Part shown: piece by piece, positions 21,599 to 30,672 of the stretch | Layout: every line of letters starts with the position of its first letter | Numbering within the stretch: position 1 is the first letter of the stretch | DNA from: an uncultured Chloroflexia bacterium | GTDB taxonomy: Bacteria; Chloroflexota; Limnocylindria; Limnocylindrales; CSP1-4 | DNA length: 64,000 bases | Direction: 5' to 3' | Assembly (NCBI GenBank): GCA_963768035.1 | Contig: CAVYGJ010000001.1 | Coordinates: 1,894-65,893 of the forward strand | Program-made: the position numbers and the translations under genes | The notes under the pieces: model-generated | What the model was told of the DNA's origin: nothing | Seen by the model: the letters and a program-made list of their open reading frames with translations, nothing else | Databases searched by the model: none

Positions 21599-24571
21599 CT
21601 AGCCCGTGTTCTGCAGTCCCGCGGCGATCCCGTTGATCGTGGCCCCGACGACGTTCCGGATCCGGGCGGCCTCGTCGGGCGGCAGGTCGTCCCTGCGGAG
21701 TCGTCCGAGGAGCTCGACCTGGACGGCCGACAGCGCGTCGATGTACGGGTTGCGGAGCTCGATCGAGCGGGCGAGGGTCGGCTGGCCGGCGACCAGCCGG
21801 TCGCGCCCGGTCACGAGCACGAGGAGACGGACCGAGCGCGCGTACTCGGCCTCGATCATGCCCCGGATCGCGGTCGCCTCGTCGCCGGTCGCGAGGTCCG
21901 CGTAGCGACGGAACGTGCCGAGGTCCGCCTTCGCGAGCGAGAGCTCCGCGTTGTCGATGACCGAGGCGAAGAACGGCCAGCGCGCGTAGAGGCGGCCGAG
22001 GTGGGACACGATCTCCTGCCCGCCGCGCGCGGTCACGGCCTCGAGCGCGGTCCCGAGCCCGTACCAGCCGGGGAGGTTCGCGCGCGACTGCGACCAGGCG
22101 AACACCCACGGGATCGCCCGCAGCGAGTCGATGTCCTGCGCCTCGTGCGCCTGTCGTCCGCCCGGCCGCGAGGACGGCCGCGAGCCCAGCCCGAGTCCCG
22201 GGATGAGGTCGATCGGCGTCGCGCTGCCGAAGAACACGGCGAACCCGGGCTGCTCCACGAGGGCGCGGTAGGCGGTGCGCGAGATCGCGGTGAGCTCGGT
22301 CATCGTGTCCCGGCCGGCCGCGGCCGCCTCGAGCGCCCCGCCCTCGAGGTCCCGTGCGGACGCCAGGAGCGCCGCCGCCGTGACCTGCTCGAGGTGGCGC
22401 TGCGCGATCGTCGCGTCGGCGTAGTGGGCGGCGATGACCTCGCCCTGCTCGGTGAACTTGAGACGACCGTCGACGGAGCCCGGGGCCTGGGCGAGGATCG
22501 CGCGGTTCGCCGGCCCGCCGCCGCGGCCGATCGCGCCACCGCGGCCGTGGAACAGGGTGAGCTTGACGTCGTGCCGGCGAGCGGCCGCGACCAGCGCCTC
22601 CTGCGCCTGGTAGAGGAGCCAGTTCGCCGCGAGGAAGCCGCTCTCCTTGGACGAGTCGGAGTAGCCGAGCATGACCTCCTGCGCGTCGCCACGACCCCGG
22701 AGGTGGGCCCGGTACGCGGGATCCGCGAGCAGCCCGTCGACGAGCTCCGCGGCCCCCGCGAGCGCCTCCGCGGACTCGAGGAGCGGGACGACGTCGAGGA
22801 CGGGCATCGCCGCCGGGAGGTCGGCGAACACGTCGACCGGCTGGCCGAACGGCTCCGGCTCGGCGGCGCGCCGGGCGAGCTCGAGCACGTTGGCCACGTC
22901 GGCCGGGGTCGTCGTGAACGAGATCACGTAGCGCTGGCAGGCGGCGACCCCCAAGCGCCTCTGGAGGCGCGCGATCGCACGGAACGTCGCGAGCACCTCG
23001 CCCAGCTTCACGCCGCCCGCGACCTCGACCTCCGGCCCGGCCCCGGCATCGAGCGCCGCGATCGCCGCCCGGTGGACGGCCGCGTGCTGGCGGACCTCGA
23101 GCGACGCGAGGTGGAACCCGAACGTCCCGACCTGCCAGCGCAGGTCCGCGAGCTCGCCGTGCGCCACGCGACCGAGCCCGTCGGCGACGAGCGCCTCGTG
23201 GACGACGCCCAGCTCCAGGTCGAGCGCGGCCGGGTCCGCGTAGCCGCCCGAGCGCGGCGCGGTCTCGCCCGTGAGCGCCGCCCGCGTCCGGCGGATGCGC
23301 TCCGCGATCGCGCCGAGGCGCTGGCGGTACGGCTCCTCGGGGAAGCGCCGCCGGAGCTGGCGCATCGTCTCCGGGAGCTCCTCCGAGTCGCGGGCGAGCG
23401 CGCTGCCGAGCGCGCGGTCCATGTGGTCGTGGGCGACGCGCGCGGCGACCGTCTGCATGAGCCGGCCCGCGACCGCCTCGTAGCCGCGCAGCAGGTGGTC
23501 GGCCTGGAGCCGGGCCGCGTGGAGCGTGATGTCGCTCGTGACGCCGGGATGGCCGTCGCGGTCCGCGCCGATCCACGACCCGAACCGGAGCACGGCCGGC
23601 GCGGCCACCGGGTGGGTGCCGGTCCGACCGGCGTCGCTGGCGAGCGCGGCGTCCGGCGTCGTCCCGGGGTCGAGCGCGCGGTCGATGGCGCGCTGGAACC
23701 GGGGGACGACGGTGAACAGCGTCTCGTCGAAGATCGCGAGCTCGGAGCGCACCTCGTCGAGCGGCGTCGGCATGACCGAGCGGATGTCGCCGGTGTGCCA
23801 CAGCAGGCTGATCTCCTCGCGCAGGCGGCGGCGGAGGTCGGCGTCCTCGTCCGGGGTCACGAGCGGGTCGTCGAGCAGGTCGAGCAGGCGCCGGATCCGG
23901 CGGAGCGCCACGAGCAGCGTCCGGCGGCGGGCCTCGGTGGGGTGCGCGGTGAGCACCGGGTGGACGACGAGCCCGCCGACGAGCGCAGCGACGGCCTCGC
24001 GACCGTGGACCCGCACGAGGCGTGCGATGGCGTCGCCGACCGAGTCGTCGATCGGCCCGCCGCGCGCCTTGCGGGCCCGGGTCCGCAGGACGCGGATCCG
24101 CTGCCGCTCCTCGGCGAGGTTGACGAGCTGGAAGTAGAGCGTGAAGGCCTTCGCGACCGCGGCCGCGCGGTCGAGGTCGAGCGACGCGATCTCCGCGCCG
24201 AGCCGCTCGCGCTCGGCGTCCGGCTCGAGCATCAGCTCCGGGTCGCCGCGCCGGAGGGCGATCGTGCGTCGCCGGATGCGCTCGACGAGCTCGAACAGGT
24301 CGGGCCCGGCCTGCTCCGCGATGACCTGGCCGAGGAGTGCGCCGAGCAACCGGACCTCGCGGGCCAGCTCGTCGCGTGCGCGCCCGAACCCGGGCCCGGG
24401 CGGCTCTGCGGCGACCGCAGGAAAGCGCGCGGCGCGGGTGGATTTCGGGGCCCGGCGGGACCGGGCGGGAGGCTGGGCCACGGCGTAAGGATGCGGGAGC
24501 GGGCGCGCGCCCGCCAGCAGGCGACGGTTACGGTTCGACTCCAAGGGCACCGCGCCGGTACCCCGCTGCAA
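21599..24571 (-). CDS. ppc: phosphoenolpyruvate carboxylase
   Basis: 'VLTAHPTEARRRT', 'GYSDSSKESGFLAANW' and the universal C-terminus '...GLQNTG'. Intact. The true start is uncertain and may be downstream of 24571. Confidence 0.9.
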   Translation of the reverse strand: MQRGTGAVPLESNRNRRLLAGARPLPHPYAVAQPPARSRRAPKSTRAARFPAVAAEPPGPGFGRARDELAREVRLLGALLGQVIAEQAGPDLFELVERIRRRTIALRRGDPELMLEPDAERERLGAEIASLDLDRAAAVAKAFTLYFQLVNLAEERQRIRVLRTRARKARGGPIDDSVGDAIARLVRVHGREAVAALVGGLVVHPVLTAHPTEARRRTLLVALRRIRRLLDLLDDPLVTPDEDADLRRRLREEISLLWHTGDIRSVMPTPLDEVRSELAIFDETLFTVVPRFQRAIDRALDPGTTPDAALASDAGRTGTHPVAAPAVLRFGSWIGADRDGHPGVTSDITLHAARLQADHLLRGYEAVAGRLMQTVAARVAHDHMDRALGSALARDSEELPETMRQLRRRFPEEPYRQRLGAIAERIRRTRAALTGETAPRSGGYADPAALDLELGVVHEALVADGLGRVAHGELADLRWQVGTFGFHLASLEVRQHAAVHRAAIAALDAGAGPEVEVAGGVKLGEVLATFRAIARLQRRLGVAACQRYVISFTTTPADVANVLELARRAAEPEPFGQPVDVFADLPAAMPVLDVVPLLESAEALAGAAELVDGLLADPAYRAHLRGRGDAQEVMLGYSDSSKESGFLAANWLLYQAQEALVAAARRHDVKLTLFHGRGGAIGRGGGPANRAILAQAPGSVDGRLKFTEQGEVIAAHYADATIAQRHLEQVTAAALLASARDLEGGALEAAAAGRDTMTELTAISRTAYRALVEQPGFAVFFGSATPIDLIPGLGLGSRPSSRPGGRQAHEAQDIDSLRAIPWVFAWSQSRANLPGWYGLGTALEAVTARGGQEIVSHLGRLYARWPFFASVIDNAELSLAKADLGTFRRYADLATGDEATAIRGMIEAEYARSVRLLVLVTGRDRLVAGQPTLARSIELRNPYIDALSAVQVELLGRLRRDDLPPDEAARIRNVVGATINGIAAGLQNTG

Positions 24572-24606
24572 CCGTCGAAGGTAGCGGCGACCCCTAGGCT
24601 TGTATC

Positions 24607-25929
24607 GTGCTCGCCATGCCGACGCTCGACGACGGGTCCCGCGCCGAACCCTCCGGCCGCATTGGGCCGGACGAGGTCGCGTCCGGGCACGAGCGCGACG
24701 CCGCCGGCGAGCTCCGCCTCCTCCACGAGTTCCTCCGCCTCGCGACGACCGCGCGGACGTGGGAGGAGCTCCTCGAGACCGTCGTCGACGGCACCCGCGA
24801 CGCGCTCCGGGCGGACGTCACGTCGCTCTACCTCCTCGACCGCGACGGGCTCAACCTCCGGCTCGCCGCGACGAACGGCCTCGACAGCTACCAGATCGGC
24901 CGCGCGATCGTGCCGTTCGGGGAGGGGATCACGGGCCGGGTGGCCGCGATGCGCCAGCCGATCTCGACGCCCGACGTCCGCGAGGACGACCGCTTCCTGT
25001 GGGTGCGGGGCATCGACCAGCGCCGGTTCGTGCACTCGATGCTCTCCGTGCCGCTGACCTGGCGCGACCAGGTCGTCGGCGTGCTCAACGTCCAGACGGA
25101 GACCCATCGCGAGTTTGGCGACGCGGACGTCGCGCAGCTGTCCGCGATCGCGGACTTGCTCGCGGGCATCCTTGAGAAGGGCCGCCTCCAGGCCGAGGCC
25201 GAGACGCAGGTCGAGCAGCTCGTCGCGCTCGATCGGGCCCGGGCGGAGCTCATCGCGCTCGTGACCCACGAGCTGCGCACCCCGCTCGCGGTCGTGCGCG
25301 CCTACACGGACCTGCTCGCGGACGAGCCGCCGCTCGCGGACCGCGCGTCGCGCGACCCGAAGCGGCGCGCCACCCGCGCAGGGTGGCACGCGGGCACGCT
25401 CGAGCAGATCGAGCGGCTCGACCGCCTCGTCGACTCCATCCTCACGTCCGTCCGGGTGGTCCCGGACCAGCCGCCGCTGCTCGAGACCGTGGACCTCGCG
25501 AGGGTCGTCGGCGACATCACCGACGAGCTGACACCGCTCCTCGGCCGGCACCGGACGAGGCTGCTGCGCTCGCGGCGCCTGCACGTCCTGGCGGATCCCG
25601 CACGCCTTCGACAGGTGCTGGAGCACCTGCTCGAGAACGCGGTGAAGTACGCGCCCCCTGGCACGCGGGTCGAGATCGGCTGGCGGCTTGTCGAGGGGGT
25701 TGTGCAGATCGGGATCGAGGACGAGGGACCCGGGATCCCGCCGGAGTGGCGGGAACGGATCTTCGAGCCCTACGCCCGACGCGAGACGTCAACGGCACGG
25801 GGGTCCGGCATCGGGCTCTACGCGGCGCGGCGCCTGGCGGAATCCATGAAGGGACGATTGTGGTGCGAGCCCGGCGGCTCGGGAGGCGCGCGCTTCGTGC
25901 TCGCGCTCCCCGCGGCGGTCGCGGTCTGA
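24607..25929 (+). CDS. GAF-domain sensor histidine kinase
   Basis: GAF-like N-terminal half ('FGEGITGRVAAMRQP'), the H-box 'THELRTPLAVV', and HATPase motifs 'LENAVKYAP', 'DEGPGIP' and 'GSGIGLYAAR'. Confidence 0.8.
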   Translation: MLAMPTLDDGSRAEPSGRIGPDEVASGHERDAAGELRLLHEFLRLATTARTWEELLETVVDGTRDALRADVTSLYLLDRDGLNLRLAATNGLDSYQIGRAIVPFGEGITGRVAAMRQPISTPDVREDDRFLWVRGIDQRRFVHSMLSVPLTWRDQVVGVLNVQTETHREFGDADVAQLSAIADLLAGILEKGRLQAEAETQVEQLVALDRARAELIALVTHELRTPLAVVRAYTDLLADEPPLADRASRDPKRRATRAGWHAGTLEQIERLDRLVDSILTSVRVVPDQPPLLETVDLARVVGDITDELTPLLGRHRTRLLRSRRLHVLADPARLRQVLEHLLENAVKYAPPGTRVEIGWRLVEGVVQIGIEDEGPGIPPEWRERIFEPYARRETSTARGSGIGLYAARRLAESMKGRLWCEPGGSGGARFVLALPAAVAV

Positions 25930-25952
25930 GTGGAAAGGCAGGGACAGGCGAG

Positions 25953-26675
25953 GTGATCGGCACACGACCCCTCCGCATCCTGGTGGTGGACGACGACCCG
26001 GCGATGGTCGGGGCGATCACGGCCCTCGTGGGGACCGAGGGCCACCAGGTGATCACGGCATACGACGGCCTCACCGCCGTCAAGCGCTACCGCGAGGAGC
26101 GGCCCGACCTCGTGCTGCTCGACCTGGCGATGCCGGGCCCCGACGGGTTCACGGTCATCGGCCAGCTCCGCGCGTCCGGCAACGTGCCGGTGCTGGTGGT
26201 CTCGGGCGAGAGCGCCGAGGCCGCCAAGGTCAAGGCGCTGGGCATCGGCGCCGACGACTACCTCGTGAAGCCGTTCGGCAAGCAGGAGCTCCTGGCCCGG
26301 ATCTCGGCGGTCATGCGCCGGGTCGACCTCGCCGGCACCGGCCGCAGCGGCGGTCCCGACGGCGCGTCGGGCGTGCTCACCGCCGGGTCGCTCACCCTCG
26401 AGCCGGCGCGGCACGAGGCGCGGGTCGGCGCGATCTCGCTCGGGCTGACGCCCACGGAGTTCCGGCTGCTCGAGGCGCTCGTGCGCGCGGGCGGGGACCT
26501 CGTGGCGCATCACCGGCTCGCACGCGCGGGCTGGCCCGCCGAGCCCGACCCCGACCTCCTGTGGCTCAAGCCCCACCTCGCCCGGCTGCGCTCGAAGCTC
26601 GAGGCCGTCGGCGGCCCGCGGATCGTCGCGGTGCGCTCGGTCGGCTATCGCATCGAGGCCGACGAGCCGGCCTGA
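25953..26675 (+). CDS. OmpR-family response regulator
   Basis: Receiver 'ILVVDDDPAM...DLVLLDLAMPGPDG' plus a winged-helix C-terminus 'LTPTEFRLLEAL...VGYRI'. Starts at GTG 25953. Confidence 0.85.
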   Translation: MIGTRPLRILVVDDDPAMVGAITALVGTEGHQVITAYDGLTAVKRYREERPDLVLLDLAMPGPDGFTVIGQLRASGNVPVLVVSGESAEAAKVKALGIGADDYLVKPFGKQELLARISAVMRRVDLAGTGRSGGPDGASGVLTAGSLTLEPARHEARVGAISLGLTPTEFRLLEALVRAGGDLVAHHRLARAGWPAEPDPDLLWLKPHLARLRSKLEAVGGPRIVAVRSVGYRIEADEPA

Positions 26676-26690
26676 GGACACGCTGATCGG

Positions 26691-26718
26691 CCCCGTCGCT
26701 CCTCGCGGAGCGGCGGGG
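26691..26718 (+). terminator. stem-loop after the response regulator gene
   Basis: CCCCGTCGCTCC-TCGC-GGAGCGGCGGGG (12 bp with one G-U), followed by CTTCTTCGTG. Confidence 0.5.
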
Positions 26719-27025
26719 CTTCTTCGTGTCGTGCGCCGGGTTCATCCGCCGCCCTCGGCGCCTCACAGTCAACGAACTCGCCGCGAGCGGCTCGCCATGG
26801 CGCTATGGGTGCCTGAGAGTCATCGAACAGCCGAAGTACCCCGGGATTTGGCTGTTTCATTGCCCGACAGGCATCGATACCAGGCTGCTGCGGTCGGTGA
26901 ACCCGGTTTCATTGACTGTGGCGCCGATGCCAACGTCCGTGGCCTCTTACATGCACACGGCGGGTGGTAGACGACGGACTGAGACACGTCCACTCACGGC
27001 CCGCGCCCATCCGCCGATTGTCATT

Positions 27026-27124
27026 CAGTCACGGGGCGGGTCGTATCCGGGCGGCCGGGCCAGAGCAGTCACCGGGTGACTGGTTGACGATCATCCGGCC
27101 GGAATCCGGCGTTACCAGTCACCC
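27026..27124 (+). promoter_or_regulatory. three CAGTCAC boxes plus one GTGACTG complement, giving mutually exclusive hairpins or a 17-bp palindrome
   Basis: CAGTCAC occurs at 27026, 27066 and 27116. CAGTCACC-G-GGTGACTG spans 27066..27082. GGGTGACTGGT (27074..27084) pairs perfectly with ACCAGTCACCC (27114..27124). Confidence 0.3.
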
Positions 27125-27328
27125 CGTGCCTGGAATGACATCGGCGACCTGTCGAGTACCCGCCCGGCGACTGCGAGACGGAGGCAGGCCCGGCGGTCCA
27201 CGCGCCGCGGCGACGGCGTCGTGCACGGGCGATACATCTGCAAGGCCAATGTGGCGCGGACTTGCAACGCTTGGAATGGCCGCTTGACCCGGAGCGACTG
27301 GTTCCCCTCCTACCGTGGGGGTAACTGA

Positions 27329-27375
27329 CGGGGCGGCGTCCCGGCCCGAAGGGTCGTGATCCGGACGGCGCCCCG
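27329..27375 (+). promoter_or_regulatory. long leader hairpin just upstream of the SBP gene's RBS
   Basis: CGGGGCGGCGTCC (27329..27341) pairs with GGACGGCGCCCCG (27363..27375) with one G-G mismatch, enclosing an inner GGCCC-GAA-GGGTC helix. The RBS GGAGGA follows at about 27390. Confidence 0.3.
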
Positions 27376-27402
27376 CGACTGCGAACTGCGGAGGAGCACG
27401 GC

Positions 27403-28713
27403 ATGCGCCGAACCCTGATCACCCTGAGCCTCGCGGCATTGTTTGCCGCGGCCGGCTGTAGCACCGGTAGTGGTACCGGATCCGCGTCCCCGGGCGCGAG
27501 CACCGCACCCCAAGCGAGCGGATCGCCGGCCGAGAGCGCGCCCGCGAGCAGCGGCACCGCCTTCGACCCGATGAGCGTCACGGGCGACCTGACCCTCCAG
27601 GGCTGGAGCGCGGGCGCCGTCGAGGCGCCGATCCTCGACAAGGTGCTCGAGGACTTCCAGGCCAAGTACCCGAACATCAAGGTCAAGTTCGAGCCGATCG
27701 CCGGCGACTACGCCGCCGCGATGGCGGCGAAGTTCAGCTCGCAGGACGTGCCGGACGTGTTCTACGTCGACAGCGGCCCGGCCGCGACGTGGATCGACGA
27801 CGGCAGCCTCGCGCCGCTCGACGACTACATCGCCAAGTCCGGCTTCGACACCTCGGCCTTCTACCCGGCCTACCTCGACGCGTTCAAGGGCCCCGACGGC
27901 AAGCAGTACGGCCTGCCCAAGGACGGCAACACGATCGCGATGGCCTACAACTCGGACATCCTGACGGCCGCCGGCGTCACCGCGCCGCCCACCACGTGGG
28001 AGGAGCTGACCGCCGCCGTCGACAAGCTCAAGGGCCAGTCCGGGCTCGACGCCCCGCTGTGCCTGTCGCCCAGCCTCGACCGCGCGCTCGCGTTCATCTA
28101 CCAGGCGGGCGGCGGCCTGTTCAACGAGGACAAGACCGCGGCCGTGATCGACTCGCCCGAGTCCATCACCGGCATCGACACCTACCTCAACTTCTTCAAG
28201 TCGGGTGCCGCCAAGCGCCCCGGCGACATGGGCGACGACTGGTGCGGCAAGGCGCTCGGTGAGGGCCACTCGGCCATCATCTTCGAGGGCGGCTGGCTCG
28301 ACCCGTACATGAAGGACACCTACCCGGACGTCAAGTACGCCTGGGCCGAGATGCCCGCCGGCCCCGCCGGCAAGGCCACCCTCGCGTTCACCGTCTCGTA
28401 CTCGATGGGCGTCGACGCCAAGAACAAGGACGCCTCGTGGGTCCTGATCAGCTACCTGACGGGCCCCGAGGGCATGCAGACCTGGACCGAGGGCGGCATC
28501 GCGAACCCGTCCCGGAGCGACCTCCAGGGTGCGCCGGGCAAGGAGATCCTCATCCAGGGCTCCGAGTACGCCCACCCGTGGAGCTTCATCCCGGGCTTCA
28601 GCGAGATCAACGACGCGTTCAACAACTCGCTGACCGCGGCCATCGAGGGCACCGGGACGGCGCAGGACGTCGCGACCGCGACGAAGACCGCGATCGACTC
28701 GAAGCTCAAGTAG
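27403..28713 (+). CDS. ABC transporter sugar-binding lipoprotein (family 1 SBP)
   Basis: Lipobox 'LAALFAAAGCSTG'. The rest is a typical carbohydrate SBP sequence. 436 aa, intact. Confidence 0.85.
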   Translation: MRRTLITLSLAALFAAAGCSTGSGTGSASPGASTAPQASGSPAESAPASSGTAFDPMSVTGDLTLQGWSAGAVEAPILDKVLEDFQAKYPNIKVKFEPIAGDYAAAMAAKFSSQDVPDVFYVDSGPAATWIDDGSLAPLDDYIAKSGFDTSAFYPAYLDAFKGPDGKQYGLPKDGNTIAMAYNSDILTAAGVTAPPTTWEELTAAVDKLKGQSGLDAPLCLSPSLDRALAFIYQAGGGLFNEDKTAAVIDSPESITGIDTYLNFFKSGAAKRPGDMGDDWCGKALGEGHSAIIFEGGWLDPYMKDTYPDVKYAWAEMPAGPAGKATLAFTVSYSMGVDAKNKDASWVLISYLTGPEGMQTWTEGGIANPSRSDLQGAPGKEILIQGSEYAHPWSFIPGFSEINDAFNNSLTAAIEGTGTAQDVATATKTAIDSKLK

Positions 28714-28726
28714 CGACACGCAGCGA

Positions 28727-28748
28727 CGGGGCCGGCAACCGCCGGCCC
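28727..28748 (+). terminator. intra-operon stem-loop after the SBP gene
   Basis: GGGGCCGGC-AACC-GCCGGCCCC, a perfect 9-bp stem. This position is typical of partial terminators that raise the SBP:permease ratio. Confidence 0.4.
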
Positions 28749-28848
28749 CGCCCCTGACCCAGACAGGGAGGAGGCCGCATGTCCGCCGTGGCGACCCCCA
28801 AGCCGGGCCGCGTCCAGCAGCGGCCTGCGTGCGGAGCGGCGATCGGAG

Positions 28849-29733
28849 ATGATCGCGGGCTACGTGCTGATCTCCATCCCGATCGTCCTGTTCCTCGTCC
28901 TCAACATCGGGCAGATCTTCTACGCCCTGTACATCAGCTTCTGGGACTGGGGGACACGCGGCCCGCGCGAGTTCCTCGGCATCGGCAACTACCAGTCGCT
29001 GCTGTCCGACCCGATCTTCTGGAAGGCGATCCAGAACACCCTCTACTACGCGATCCTGGTCGTGCCGCTCCAGATGGTGCTCGGCCTGTTCCTCGCGGTG
29101 ATCGTCAACCAGAAGATCCGCGGCCAGACGTTCTTCCGGGCCGCGTTCTACTTCCCGGCGATCGCGAGCTCGGCCGCGATCACCGTCCTGTTCCTGTTCA
29201 TCTTCGCCCCCGACGGGCTGTTCAACGGCGTGCGCGAGGCGCTGGGCATCAACCCGTTCTTCGAGTTCTTCGGGTTCGGGCCCAACCAGAACTGGTTCGG
29301 GGACAGCCGGACGGCCCTCAACATGGTCATCCTGCTCAACGCCTGGACCACGTCCGGGACGATGATGCTGTTCTACCTCTCGTTCCTGCAGTCGATCCCG
29401 AACGAGATCTACGAGGCAGCGGCGATCGACGGCGCCGGCTGGTGGCAGACGTTCCGGCGGATCACGTTCCCGCTGCTCGCCCCGGCCCACTTCTTCGTGG
29501 CGACGGTCTCGGTCATCGGGGCGCTCCAGCTGTTCGACCAGGCGATCATCGCGGGCGGCCCCGGCGGCCAGCCGAACAACGCCCTCACGACGATCGTGCT
29601 GTTCCTCTACCGGTCGGCCATCGCCGAGTTCGACTTCGGGTTCGCCGCGGCGGTGGGGATCGTCCTGTTCGTCATCATCTTCTCGGTGACGCTCGTCCAG
29701 CGCCGGCTGTTCGGCCAGGCACCCTCGTGGTAG
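28849..29733 (+). CDS. sugar ABC transporter permease (MalF/BPD_transp_1 type)
   Basis: 294 aa, multi-TM, with the EAA-like loop 'IYEAAAIDGAGWWQTFRRITFPLL'. A better initiation site (GGGAGGAGG + ATG 28779) lies 70 nt upstream but out of frame (see findings). Confidence 0.85.
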   Translation: MIAGYVLISIPIVLFLVLNIGQIFYALYISFWDWGTRGPREFLGIGNYQSLLSDPIFWKAIQNTLYYAILVVPLQMVLGLFLAVIVNQKIRGQTFFRAAFYFPAIASSAAITVLFLFIFAPDGLFNGVREALGINPFFEFFGFGPNQNWFGDSRTALNMVILLNAWTTSGTMMLFYLSFLQSIPNEIYEAAAIDGAGWWQTFRRITFPLLAPAHFFVATVSVIGALQLFDQAIIAGGPGGQPNNALTTIVLFLYRSAIAEFDFGFAAAVGIVLFVIIFSVTLVQRRLFGQAPSW

Positions 29734-29746
29734 CGGGAGGCAACCG

Positions 29747-30667
29747 ATGACCCTGCCGACGCCCATGCAGGGCGGCACCGCGCGGCCGGTCGTGGCGACG
29801 ACCCCGGTCGCCGATGTCGCACGGGTGGGCGACCGCGGCGTGCGGACCCGGCGCCTCATCGCCTATGCCCTGCTCATCGCCTACGCGCTGCTGATGATCG
29901 TCCCGTTCGCGTGGTCGGTCTCGACGTCGTTCAAGACGAACTCGGACGCCGTGCGCCAGCTGACGTTCATGCCCAACCCGGTGAGCCTCGAGGGCTGGCA
30001 GACGGCCTTCAACGAGCTCGACCCGGCGCTGCCGCGGCTGTTCTTCAACAGCACGCTGATCGCGGGCGCGGTGACGCTCACGAACGTCGTCCTCGGCTCG
30101 ATGGCGGGCTACGCCTTCGCGCGATTGCGCTTCCCCGGCCGCGAGCTCCTGTTCATCATGGTCCTCGGCACGATGATGATCCCCGACCAGCTGCGCCTCG
30201 TCCCGATCTACCAGATCCTCAGGACGCTCGGCCTGCTCCAGGACCAGAAGCAGTTCCTCGGGATGATCCTCGTGCTGGCCATCAGCGCGGGGTCGATCTT
30301 CCTGCTCCGGCAGTACTTCATGTCGATCCCGCGGGCGCTCGAGGAGGCGGCGAAGATCGACGGCGCGGGCTTCTACACGACGTTCGTGCGGGTCGTCCTG
30401 CCGCTCGGCGCGCCGGCGATCGCGGCCGTCGCGATCCTCCAGTTCCAGGGCACCTGGAACGGGTTCTTCTGGCCGACGATCATCCTCCAGGAGCGTGCGA
30501 ACTGGACGCTGCCGCTGGGCATCGCGCAGTTCCAGGACCTGTACAGCACGCAGTGGCCGCCGCTCATGGCCGTGGTGGTGATGGCGACGATCCCGATCCT
30601 CGCCCTGTACGTCTTCTTCCAGCGCTTCTTCGTCGAGGGCATCGCGGCTGCCGGAGTGAAGGGCTGA
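29747..30667 (+). CDS. sugar ABC transporter permease (MalG type)
   Basis: 306 aa, with 'LEEAAKIDGAGFYTTFVRVVLPL'. Confidence 0.85.
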   Translation: MTLPTPMQGGTARPVVATTPVADVARVGDRGVRTRRLIAYALLIAYALLMIVPFAWSVSTSFKTNSDAVRQLTFMPNPVSLEGWQTAFNELDPALPRLFFNSTLIAGAVTLTNVVLGSMAGYAFARLRFPGRELLFIMVLGTMMIPDQLRLVPIYQILRTLGLLQDQKQFLGMILVLAISAGSIFLLRQYFMSIPRALEEAAKIDGAGFYTTFVRVVLPLGAPAIAAVAILQFQGTWNGFFWPTIILQERANWTLPLGIAQFQDLYSTQWPPLMAVVVMATIPILALYVFFQRFFVEGIAAAGVKG

Positions 30668-30672
30668 CCGTC

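Noticed and set aside
21185-25057. 1290-aa plus-strand ORF and 743-aa minus-strand ORF overlapping ppc
   Set aside because: These are shadow frames of the PEP carboxylase gene, which occur in stop-poor GC-rich DNA. ppc itself carries the diagnostic motifs and the NTG C-terminus.
26719-27402. Assignment of the structured leader to a known riboswitch class (cobalamin, c-di-AMP/ydaO, SAM, glycine)
   Set aside because: I could not find the conserved core sequences of any of these classes by eye. The region is kept as an unclassified structured region in the findings.
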